Below, piece by piece: positions 54,585 to 63,021 of a stretch of DNA of 64,000 bases; positions within the stretch are counted from its first letter, which is position 1, and every line of letters begins with the position of its first letter. The stretch is from Candidatus Woesearchaeota archaeon (GTDB lineage: Archaea > Nanobdellota > Nanobdellia > Woesearchaeales > JAHWIC01), in the NCBI GenBank assembly GCA_019322805.1, contig JAHWIC010000001.1, positions 67,347 through 131,346 of the forward strand, in the 5' to 3' direction. The notes below the pieces were generated by a model. It was not told where the DNA came from. It made no database searches and saw only the letters and a program-made list of their open reading frames with translations. The translations under genes and the position numbers were made by a program.

Positions 54585-55626
54585 TCAGCCTGTTTATTAT
54601 TAAATCGAATTCTGATTGTTCCTTTATAAGGTCATTCTCATCAAAGTAACCTGCTCCTGTCCTAACGTATTTACAGCCAAAAATAAATGCTGGCACTTCT
54701 AATGATGGATTAATTTTTTTGAATATTGCTACCTCTGATTTTGGTATTGAACCTTCCTTTTCACCAGTTAGTTTATTATCTCCTGTATCAAGCTCCCAGC
54801 TGTATGCGATTATGTCTTTGTTAGATACATATGGTTCTACTGTTGATATAAATATTTCCTCAACCCAGGCACATTGCTCGCATCTTGATGTTGTAAACAA
54901 TCTGATAATTGGTTTGCCGTCTTCTTTACATACCTCTTCATCAGTTATTTTAAATGTATCTACTCCAAAGAATATCTCTACATCTGATTCACTTTTTAAT
55001 TCTTCAACATAATCAAGGAATGCTTCCTCTTGTTTTTGGGATAAAAGCATCATTTCAATCTGGTCCCGGACTTCTTCCAGCGAAAGTCCGCTGTCTTTTG
55101 CTCCAGATTCCTCATAATAATCCCTTATCTCTTTTTCTTTAACTTCAATGTCGCTTAGTGCAGTTTCATTTAGCAGATTTAATATAATTAATTGGGTTTT
55201 ATAGTATTCCCTTAATTCAGCCCGGCTTATGCCTTGCTGCTTAAGTCTTGATTCGAATTCTTTCTCAGTCATCCCGCTTTGGGTGATGACTGTGTTTATA
55301 ATACCATCTACCTCTTCATCAGTCACTGTAATTTGTTTTTTTGATGCTTCTTGAAGCAGCAATTTCTCGTTTATTTTCTGGTCTAGAATATCATTTTTGG
55401 TTATTATGCCTTGATAGGTAGGTGGAAGTTGGGCATAAAGCTCTTCTATCTCTGAGTAAGTTATGACCTCACCATTGACTACTGCAGCTATCTTGCTGCT
55501 TTCCTGGAATTTATCAAATAAAGTATAAATAAGCGCAATGAGAATTACCAACCCAAGAATCAGCCCGATATAAACCTTAACCTTGCTCTTCTGTTTCTTT
55601 GACTTTTTTTTCACCAAACTTGCCAC
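54574..55626 (-). CDS. Signal-anchored extracytoplasmic protein with a SurA-N-like chaperone region and a thioredoxin-like CxxC (CEQC) domain
   Basis: 350 aa with an N-terminal TM. It overlaps the downstream gene by 11 nt. Confidence 0.45.
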   Translation of the reverse strand: MASLVKKKSKKQKSKVKVYIGLILGLVILIALIYTLFDKFQESSKIAAVVNGEVITYSEIEELYAQLPPTYQGIITKNDILDQKINEKLLLQEASKKQITVTDEEVDGIINTVITQSGMTEKEFESRLKQQGISRAELREYYKTQLIILNLLNETALSDIEVKEKEIRDYYEESGAKDSGLSLEEVRDQIEMMLLSQKQEEAFLDYVEELKSESDVEIFFGVDTFKITDEEVCKEDGKPIIRLFTTSRCEQCAWVEEIFISTVEPYVSNKDIIAYSWELDTGDNKLTGEKEGSIPKSEVAIFKKINPSLEVPAFIFGCKYVRTGAGYFDENDLIKEQSEFDLIINRLIAE

Positions 55627-55739
55627 CCTTTAGATTTACTCCTCTGGAAGAGAAAAAATATACCAATAGATAAATCTTTCTAATTTTATTCACTACCGAA
55701 TGGTTTCTATAAAGGTTTATATGAAATTCGAGTAAGTTT

Positions 55740-57080
55740 GTGTATATGGCTTATGATATTGTTATTGGAAGGAGTGAAGCTGATAGAAAGAAGATTGGAA
55801 CTCTTGGGGCAATCTTTCTTGGCAAACATTATGTACAGATGGGGCAGACTGTTAGTTTATCAAGTAAGATATTTATGGACCTAACTGGAAGCCATGCTGT
55901 CTTTCTTTGCGGCAAAAGAGGTTCCGGCAAGTCATACACAATGGGGGTCATAGCAGAAGGAATGGCTGATTTGCCTTCTGAGATTAAGAATAATATCTCT
56001 GTTATAATGCTTGACACAATGGGCATTTACTGGACAATGAAGTATCCTAACCAGAAGCCTAAGGAGCAGGAATTGTTAAGGCAGTGGGGTCTTGAGTCAA
56101 AAGGGCTTAATATTACGATTTTTACGCCCAAAGGTTATTTCAAGGCTTACAAAGACAAGGGAATTCCCACAGATTTTCCATTCTCAATTAAAACAAGTGA
56201 GCTTGATGTAAGTGACTGGTGTATTACTTTTGGAACCAAGCAAAACGAGCCAATGGGTGTGTTAATCGAAAGAACTATTGAAACCCTGAAGGAACAAGGA
56301 AAGAGCTATGGAATTAAGGATATGATCGCTACTTTGCATAAGGATGAGCGCACAAAGCAGGAGGTTAAGGATGCTTTGGAGAACAGACTGCTTGGCGCTG
56401 ATAAATGGGGTTTATTTGATAAAGAAGGTACACCTCTTAATGATTTAGTTATTGGCGGACAAGTTACTGTTTTGGATGTAAGCTGCTATGCTACAATGCC
56501 TGGCGCTGGAAATTTAAGGGCCTTGGTTATTGGCCTTGTAGCAGAGAAACTGTTTATACAGAGGATGTTAGCAAGAAAAGAGGAGGAATTTGCCTCAGTC
56601 GAGAGGACAATACATTATGCTGAAGAAGAGGAAGAAGGCAAAGAAAAAAAGAAAGAGCCTCTTGTTTGGCTTGTTGTAGATGAAGCTCATGAGTTTCTGC
56701 CGCGTGAAGGGGAGACAGCTGCTTCAAGACCCTTGATTATTATCCTAAGAGAAGGCAGACAGCCTGGAATTTCGTTGATTCTAGCAACACAACAGCCGGG
56801 TAAAATCCATACTGATGTTATGACACAATCGGATATAATGATATCACATAGACTAACAGCCCAGGTTGATGTAGAAGCCCTAGGAATGTTGATGCAGAGT
56901 TATATGCGTGGTGGTTTGGACAAAGAGATTAATGCGTTGCCAAGATTAAAGGGCTCTGCCTTGATATTTGATGATAATAATGAAAAATTATATCCGATGA
57001 GAGTTCGTCCTAGATTTACATGGCACGGCGGTGAGTCAGCTTCTGCATTAGTAGAGAAAAAGAAGGTCTTTGAGTTCTAA
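55740..57080 (+). CDS. P-loop ATPase of the HerA/FtsK (DUF87/AAA-like) superfamily
   Basis: 446 aa. Walker A (GKRGSGKS), Walker B (LVVDEAHEF) and the C-terminal motif ILATQQPGKI are present. Confidence 0.6.
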   Translation: MYMAYDIVIGRSEADRKKIGTLGAIFLGKHYVQMGQTVSLSSKIFMDLTGSHAVFLCGKRGSGKSYTMGVIAEGMADLPSEIKNNISVIMLDTMGIYWTMKYPNQKPKEQELLRQWGLESKGLNITIFTPKGYFKAYKDKGIPTDFPFSIKTSELDVSDWCITFGTKQNEPMGVLIERTIETLKEQGKSYGIKDMIATLHKDERTKQEVKDALENRLLGADKWGLFDKEGTPLNDLVIGGQVTVLDVSCYATMPGAGNLRALVIGLVAEKLFIQRMLARKEEEFASVERTIHYAEEEEEGKEKKKEPLVWLVVDEAHEFLPREGETAASRPLIIILREGRQPGISLILATQQPGKIHTDVMTQSDIMISHRLTAQVDVEALGMLMQSYMRGGLDKEINALPRLKGSALIFDDNNEKLYPMRVRPRFTWHGGESASALVEKKKVFEF

Positions 57081-57095
57081 CAAACTCTGACCCGT

Positions 57096-57114
57096 CAAAA
57101 ATCTGCGATTTTTG
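57096..57114. terminator. Palindrome CAAAAATC-TGC-GATTTTTG at the convergent gene junction, with T-tracts on both strands
   Basis: Read directly. It is closely related to the palindrome at 189-213. Confidence 0.35.
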
Positions 57115-57140
57115 AAGTCTTTGAATTATAAAAGAAAAAA

Positions 57141-57353
57141 TTATCTCCTTATTTCTAACTGCCCTTCTGCTGGTGCATAAGTCATTGATATCAATGAAGC
57201 TACAAACATCAATATAAAGAACAGCACAAAAGTAAAGCCCCATGTTGAATTCCTAGGATAAACATATACTATTGATATCAAAAAACCAACAATTGCTGTA
57301 AGCATAAATCCGCTGGATAAAGGAACTACATTTATTTCTTTTTTCTTTGCCAT
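57141..57353 (-). CDS. Small two-TM membrane protein (70 aa)
   Basis: ORF with two hydrophobic helices. No family recognised. Confidence 0.35.
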   Translation of the reverse strand: MAKKKEINVVPLSSGFMLTAIVGFLISIVYVYPRNSTWGFTFVLFFILMFVASLISMTYAPAEGQLEIRR

Positions 57354-57390
57354 AATATCACCGCTTTTTTAAGTTAAATTAATCTTAGAG

Positions 57391-58479
57391 CTATTTAAAC
57401 TTTACGAAATTTAAGCTGTCAACTTTCATTCTTGCTTCAGCTGTTTTCCTTTCAAAGTCATTCATGAATTTTGTCATTAACTCGCAAGCATGCTTTTTAT
57501 CATCGCCGCAGGTTAGTTTTCCTGCTTTGCATTCATCATAGATTTTCTTTAATTCCTTATCGTCTTCTATCAAATGCTGCTTGTATAACTCAAATATCAT
57601 GCATTTCTCCGGTTCACCGCCTAGCTTTTTTTGTTCTTCGACAGTGTCCCTGCCGCCTGTTTTTGCTCGCATCAGTTTTTTAGCTACTTTTTTTGGGTCT
57701 TCTGGCAAGTCAATGCAGCTTTCAGGTTTTGACTTTGACATCTTTAATGAGCCATCCAAGCTAGGAGTGAATTTATGATAAAGGCCGGCAGGCAAAAAGA
57801 ATTTTTTGTCTTTCATCCTTCTGGCGGCATCTCTTGTAAGCCTTATATGCGGGTCCTGGTCAACACCAACTGGGATTACACCAGGCATTTGCTCCTCTAA
57901 TTGAGGATATAGAATATCTCCGATCTGTGTTAAAGCAGAAACAATCCTTGAAGGGTCTGCCAGGCCGTAAACAGCCCTGAACTCATTTAAGGTTATTCTG
58001 TTTGAAGCTTCATAAGCTAATTTTATCACATCCTTGTTTTCTGATTGGAAATAGAAAATTGTTTTCTTAGGGTCCAATCCTAAGGCTAAGTAAGATGGAA
58101 TCTGGAATTCCAAAGCATTCTTCCTTGCTTCCTTTAAACTTACCCCCCTAGCAGCTGCTGATTCTAAATCAGCTACTAAACAAAATGTCTTTGCGCCTTG
58201 TTTCTGGAAATAAGCAATATTTTCAACAACCATCTTTGTTCCAAAATGTACTTTTTGTGCTGTAGGCATTATTCCTGATAGAACATAGAATTTCTTTTTT
58301 TCTTTCATTGCTTTAAGAACAGGTTTCATGTCACGTTCTGCGAAAATGACTCCGCGACGCATTAATCTGTTTGGAGCAGGATAATTGTCAGGGTTAAAAC
58401 TATCTAAACCAAAATCCTTGATTATTTTTGTATAATCCTCTACCAGTTCTGAGCCGTATGGGTCAATTATTTTTGTCAT
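57391..58479 (-). CDS. trpS: Tryptophan--tRNA ligase (archaeal/eukaryotic type)
   Basis: 362 aa. The class I motifs are present (HIGH-like region, GVDQDPHIRLTRD, KMSKS). Confidence 0.85.
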   Translation of the reverse strand: MTKIIDPYGSELVEDYTKIIKDFGLDSFNPDNYPAPNRLMRRGVIFAERDMKPVLKAMKEKKKFYVLSGIMPTAQKVHFGTKMVVENIAYFQKQGAKTFCLVADLESAAARGVSLKEARKNALEFQIPSYLALGLDPKKTIFYFQSENKDVIKLAYEASNRITLNEFRAVYGLADPSRIVSALTQIGDILYPQLEEQMPGVIPVGVDQDPHIRLTRDAARRMKDKKFFLPAGLYHKFTPSLDGSLKMSKSKPESCIDLPEDPKKVAKKLMRAKTGGRDTVEEQKKLGGEPEKCMIFELYKQHLIEDDKELKKIYDECKAGKLTCGDDKKHACELMTKFMNDFERKTAEARMKVDSLNFVKFK

Positions 58480-59279
58480 TTTGTAGCGTTTTTCATTAAC
58501 TTAATATAATTTTCAATCTTCTTTAGCATGATTCTTTTATTTTTCAGATTCTTTTCAATTATTTTTACAACTGCACTTCCAACAATTGCTCCATCAGCTC
58601 CTGCTTTTAGAAGAGCCTTAATATGCTCTGGTTTTTTTATTCCAAAACCAACGCATAATGGCAACTTTGTTTTTGGCCTTATTCTCTTTAGTAATTTTAA
58701 AGTGCTTGTTTCTAATTTTTCTCTTGCTCCTGTTACACCTAATCTTGAAACAACATAAACAAATCCTTTTGTTTTGCTAGCAATTTTCTTTAACCTTTTA
58801 TTATCAGTTAATGGGCTTACAATAAATATTGTATCGACCTTTGCTTTTCTTGCTGCTTTTATGTACGGGTCTGCTTCTTCTATTGGCAAATCAGCAACTA
58901 AAACAGAATCAACGCCTGCATTAGCTGCGTCTTTGTAAAACTTATCAATTCCTCGTTGATAAATCAGGTTAGTGTAAGTTAAAAGTCCAATCGGAATTTT
59001 GTCATTAATTTTTCTTATTTGTTTTGCAAAATTGAAATTTCTATCTGTATTAACCCCTGCTTTTAATGCCCTAACACCAGCTGTTTGTATTGTTGGGCCA
59101 TCTGCAATGGGCTCTGAAAAAGTGAATCCTAATTCAAGTATATCTGCGCCAGCATTGATTATTGTTTTAATTATTTCTAAGCTTAACTTATAGTTTGGAT
59201 CTCCAGCTACTACAAACGGAACTAATGCCTTTTCCTTATTTTTCTTTAGTTTCTTGAATGTTTTTTTGTATCTGCTCAT
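58476..59279 (-). CDS. trpA: Tryptophan synthase alpha chain
   Basis: 267 aa. The TrpA signature [18 protein letters not shown] is present. Confidence 0.85.
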   Translation of the reverse strand: MSRYKKTFKKLKKNKEKALVPFVVAGDPNYKLSLEIIKTIINAGADILELGFTFSEPIADGPTIQTAGVRALKAGVNTDRNFNFAKQIRKINDKIPIGLLTYTNLIYQRGIDKFYKDAANAGVDSVLVADLPIEEADPYIKAARKAKVDTIFIVSPLTDNKRLKKIASKTKGFVYVVSRLGVTGAREKLETSTLKLLKRIRPKTKLPLCVGFGIKKPEHIKALLKAGADGAIVGSAVVKIIEKNLKNKRIMLKKIENYIKLMKNATK

Positions 59280-60487
59280 ATCTTAACTCCCATCTCTTTT
59301 GCGGCATGAACAACATCCTTATCTCCTCTGCCAGATAAATTAACAATCACTAATTTGTTCTTAAAGCGTTTAGCATTCTTTACTAAATAAGCAACAGCAT
59401 GTGCTGATTCTAAAGCTGGAATAATGCCTTCTTCATCACTTAATAATTTGAAAGCATCAAGGCACTCCTGGTTTGTTGCATATGAGTACTCTGCTCTTTT
59501 TAATTCCCTGAGATGTGTGTGCTCAGGACCAACTGCGCAATAATCCAAGCCTGCTGATACTGAATGGGTGTTGTATATCTGGCCGTATTTATCCTGCAAA
59601 ACATAAGTGAATGTACCGTGAATTACTCCGGGTCTTCCTATCTTTTTATCTGCAAACCTTGCTGCATGCCTTCCGGATGTAATTCCTGTTCCGCCTGCTT
59701 CTACTCCAATTAATGTTACTTTTTTGTCTTTAAGGAAAGCTTTGAATATTCCAAGCGCATTACTTCCACCGCCAACACAAGCGATAATTGCATCTGGCAG
59801 CTTGCCCTCTACTGCAAGTATTTGTTTTTTTGCTTCTTTTCCTATTACTGACTGGAAATGTGCTACCATGCTTGGATAAGGGTGAGGTCCTAAAACACTT
59901 CCAAGCAGATAATGTGTTGTTTCAACACTTGAAGTCCAGTCACGCAAAGCCTGATTAATTGCATCCTTTAGTGTTTTTGAGCCTGTTGTAACAGGAATAA
60001 CCTTTGCTCCAAGCAGCTTCATCCTGAAAACATTAAGCTTTTGACGCTCAATATCAACAGTACCCATGTAAATATCGCGCTCTAAACCAAGTTTTGCAGC
60101 TGCTGTTGCAACAGCAACTCCATGCTGGCCAGCTCCTGTTTCTGCTATAATCCTTGTCTTTCCCATGTATTTTGCAAGTAAAGCCTGGCCAAGTGCATTG
60201 TTTATCTTATGAGCACCTGTATGAGCCAGGTCTTCTCTTTTTAGATAGATTTTACAGCCAAGTTTTTTGCTTAATCTTGGGCAATAAGTCAAAGGTGTTG
60301 GTCTTCCAACGTAATTCTTGAACAAGTCATTAAGCTCTTTATTGAATTTTTTATTATTCCTGTATCTATTAAAAGCTGCTTGCAACTCTTTTACAGCTGG
60401 CATCAATGTTTCTGGAACAAAAACACCGCCGTACTTCCCAAATCTTCCTTTTTTCATTTCAAATTCTCCGAATTTGTAATGCACCAA
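59276..60487 (-). CDS. trpB: Tryptophan synthase beta chain
   Basis: 403 aa. The PLP lysine region ([13 protein letters not shown]) and GRFGKYGG are present. Confidence 0.9.
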   Translation of the reverse strand: MVHYKFGEFEMKKGRFGKYGGVFVPETLMPAVKELQAAFNRYRNNKKFNKELNDLFKNYVGRPTPLTYCPRLSKKLGCKIYLKREDLAHTGAHKINNALGQALLAKYMGKTRIIAETGAGQHGVAVATAAAKLGLERDIYMGTVDIERQKLNVFRMKLLGAKVIPVTTGSKTLKDAINQALRDWTSSVETTHYLLGSVLGPHPYPSMVAHFQSVIGKEAKKQILAVEGKLPDAIIACVGGGSNALGIFKAFLKDKKVTLIGVEAGGTGITSGRHAARFADKKIGRPGVIHGTFTYVLQDKYGQIYNTHSVSAGLDYCAVGPEHTHLRELKRAEYSYATNQECLDAFKLLSDEEGIIPALESAHAVAYLVKNAKRFKNKLVIVNLSGRGDKDVVHAAKEMGVKI

Positions 60488-60502
60488 AAATGCGAAGCAT
60501 TT

Positions 60503-61150
60503 TTAAGTGCATTTTTTTGCTCTTTGAATGAATTTTTCAAGCTTGATTGGATCTTTCTTCCCTGGTTTTGCTTTTACTCCGCTATTTGTATCAACTGCAA
60601 ATGGCTCTACTTTTTCAATTGCAATCCCAACATTCGTCGGAGTCAAACCACCGGCTAAAAATACCTTGCATTTTACTGATTTAACTATTTTTCTGCTAAT
60701 CTCCCAGTTATGAACTACCCCTGTTCCGCCGAGTTTGCCTTTTGCTTTTGTATCGAGCAAGATATAATCAACATATTTCCCGTATTTTTTAGCTTGCTCT
60801 ATTGCTGATTCATCTTCCACATGAATTGTTTTTGTGAGCTTTGTCTTTGGAAGTGCTTTTCTTATTTTTCCAATGACCTTTAAGTCAACCTTTGGATTAT
60901 GAAGCTGAATTATCTCTGGTTTTATCTCCTTTGCAAGCTCGATTATCTCTTTTGCCTTGTCTAAGTAAGTCACTAAAACTGATCGTGACTCTAAAGGCAG
61001 CCTTTTTATGAGCTTTTTTGCCTCTTCTCTTGTGATTGAATCTTCTGAAAAATCAACCTCTACTATGAAACCCAAAAAATCTGCACCAAGCTCAGCTGCT
61101 CTGAATGCATCATGCTCATTTGTGTTTCCGCAGATCTTTACTTTAGTCAT
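60503..61150 (-). CDS. trpF: Phosphoribosylanthranilate isomerase
   Basis: 215 aa. The (beta/alpha)8 TrpF motifs KICGNT and FLAGGLTPTNV are present. Confidence 0.8.
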   Translation of the reverse strand: MTKVKICGNTNEHDAFRAAELGADFLGFIVEVDFSEDSITREEAKKLIKRLPLESRSVLVTYLDKAKEIIELAKEIKPEIIQLHNPKVDLKVIGKIRKALPKTKLTKTIHVEDESAIEQAKKYGKYVDYILLDTKAKGKLGGTGVVHNWEISRKIVKSVKCKVFLAGGLTPTNVGIAIEKVEPFAVDTNSGVKAKPGKKDPIKLEKFIQRAKKCT

Positions 61151-61790
61151 TTGCAGCTTCTCTTAATTTTTTTATTGTTCCTACACGGTCTTCTTTGCCA
61201 AATATTGCACTTCCTGCAACAAAAACATTTGCGCCTGCTTTTGCTGCTTTTCCTATTGTCTCTTCATTAATTCCTCCATCAATCTCTATGTCAAGCTCTG
61301 GCTTTAATTTTCTCAGTTCTTCTACCTTAGGCAACACATCTGGAATAAACTTCTGTCCTGGATAGCCAGGGTTTACTGACATAATCAAAACCATACCGAC
61401 ATCATCAATATATTGCTTTATTTTATCCAAGGGTGTTGGAGGATTTATTGAAATTCCTACTTTGATTCCCTTGCTTCTTATTAATTCAAAGGCTTCTTTT
61501 ATATCATCCTTGCATTCCTCATGTATTGTTATTATTTTAGCACCAGCATCTGCATAATCTTCTATAAATCCGTCTTTAATAGGATGTTTAACCATTAAAT
61601 GGACATCTTTTGGAAGCTTTGAGCTTACTGCTTTGATCTCTTCTGCCTTGAATGTCTTTGGAGGAACAAACTTTCCGTCCATTATATCAACGTGTATTAA
61701 ATCTGCAACTGGCTCTATTTCATTCACTTCTTCCTGCAATTTTTCTTTTTTTGCAGATAATATTGATGGTGCGATTTTTATTTTTGGCAT
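61143..61790 (-). CDS. rpe: Ribulose-phosphate 3-epimerase
   Basis: 215 aa. The motif IAPSILSA...HVDIMDGKFVP is present. It overlaps trpF by 8 nt. Confidence 0.85.
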   Translation of the reverse strand: MPKIKIAPSILSAKKEKLQEEVNEIEPVADLIHVDIMDGKFVPPKTFKAEEIKAVSSKLPKDVHLMVKHPIKDGFIEDYADAGAKIITIHEECKDDIKEAFELIRSKGIKVGISINPPTPLDKIKQYIDDVGMVLIMSVNPGYPGQKFIPDVLPKVEELRKLKPELDIEIDGGINEETIGKAAKAGANVFVAGSAIFGKEDRVGTIKKLREAAND

Positions 61791-61963
61791 TTTATTATCA
61801 ATTTATTTTATCACTAGGTTTATGATACGCATGCACAATTAGTTGTGCATTTGCTTGTTTTTATTACCTTAAATCATCATTTAATAACAATTATTCAACG
61901 AAAAATGCTGACGCATTTTTCTAGTGTAGTAAATTATTTTATAATTTATACACAATCCGAAAA

Positions 61964-62150
61964 TTCCTTTCACAACCAAGTTAAAGGTTATAGTAAGCGA
62001 AATTATATAAGCAATAGTTTCGCTTACTAAATAGTAAACGCAATCTTTCATAAAATAGTTGCGTTTACTAAATTTTCATCCGCTTTCTTTCCTTTAGCAA
62101 TGACTGTGGATGATTTTTGCCTTAACGTGGGTATCAAGCAAAAATCAGAT
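61964..62150 (+). repeat. Copy D of the intergenic double-hairpin element family, carrying a roughly 75-bp insertion of two perfect hairpins; it sits between trpC and rpe
   Basis: It begins AATCCGAAAATTCC. The insertion holds TAGTAAGCGAAA/TTTCGCTTACTA at 61991-62029 and AGTAAACGCAA/TTGCGTTTACT at 62033-62069. It continues through AATTTTCATCC and GGATGATTTTTGCC and ends AGCAAAAATCAGATT. Confidence 0.6.
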
Positions 62151-62228
62151 TGTTGCCGAGTGAAACGAGCGCAACTAAGGAATCTCTGATTCCTGTTTAT
62201 TTTTCTTCTATTGATCCTTTTTTATTGA

Positions 62229-62990
62229 TTATTTTATTAATTCTTTAATCTTCTTCTTTATATTAGTTGATTCCATTAATGATGTTCCAATTAATATTGC
62301 GTTAACCTTTCCTCTAACCTTTTTAACATCAGATCTTTTGCTAAAACCTGATTCTGAAACAATTATATTACATTCTGGAATCTTTTTTACTAATTTTAAT
62401 GTAGTATTCAAATTAACTTTCAATGTTTTAAGGTTTCTATTATTGATCCCAATAATTCTTGCTTTTGCATTAAGGGCTTTTTTCAGTTCCTTATCATTAT
62501 GAACCTCAACAAGGCAGTCCATAGTGTATTTATCAGCTATTTTAATGAACTTTGATATTTTTTCTTTTGGTAAGAGCCTTGCTATCAATAATATTGCATC
62601 AGCACCGTAATGCCTTGATTCATAAACCTGGTATTCATCAATAATAAAGTCCTTTCTAAGCACCGGTATCTTTGTTGCTTTTCTTGCCTGGTTCAGGAAT
62701 TGAGGCAAACCAGCAAAAAACATGCAGTCTGTTAACACAGATATTGCTGCTGCTCCTGCTTTCTCATACTCTTTAGCAATCCTTGAAGGGTGGATTCTTT
62801 TCATTATAATCCCTTTTGATGGCGAGGCAGCCTTTATCTCTGCAATAAGGCTTATGTCCCTAGCAGTTATTGCTTTTGCGAAATTCCTATTAGATTTTTT
62901 CAGCTTAGATTTAAAGCTGCTTAAAGGACAATATTTCTTGCTTTGCTTTACTTCCAGCTTCTTATTTTTTATAATTTTATCTAATACCAT
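62229..62990 (-). CDS. trpC: Indole-3-glycerol phosphate synthase
   Basis: About 253 aa with IGPS motifs (IAEIKAASPSKG, LVEVHN). Confidence 0.8.
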   Translation of the reverse strand: MVLDKIIKNKKLEVKQSKKYCPLSSFKSKLKKSNRNFAKAITARDISLIAEIKAASPSKGIIMKRIHPSRIAKEYEKAGAAAISVLTDCMFFAGLPQFLNQARKATKIPVLRKDFIIDEYQVYESRHYGADAILLIARLLPKEKISKFIKIADKYTMDCLVEVHNDKELKKALNAKARIIGINNRNLKTLKVNLNTTLKLVKKIPECNIIVSESGFSKRSDVKKVRGKVNAILIGTSLMESTNIKKKIKELIK

Positions 62991-63021
62991 TTTAATCATG
63001 AAACAAGCAACCAAGATATGA

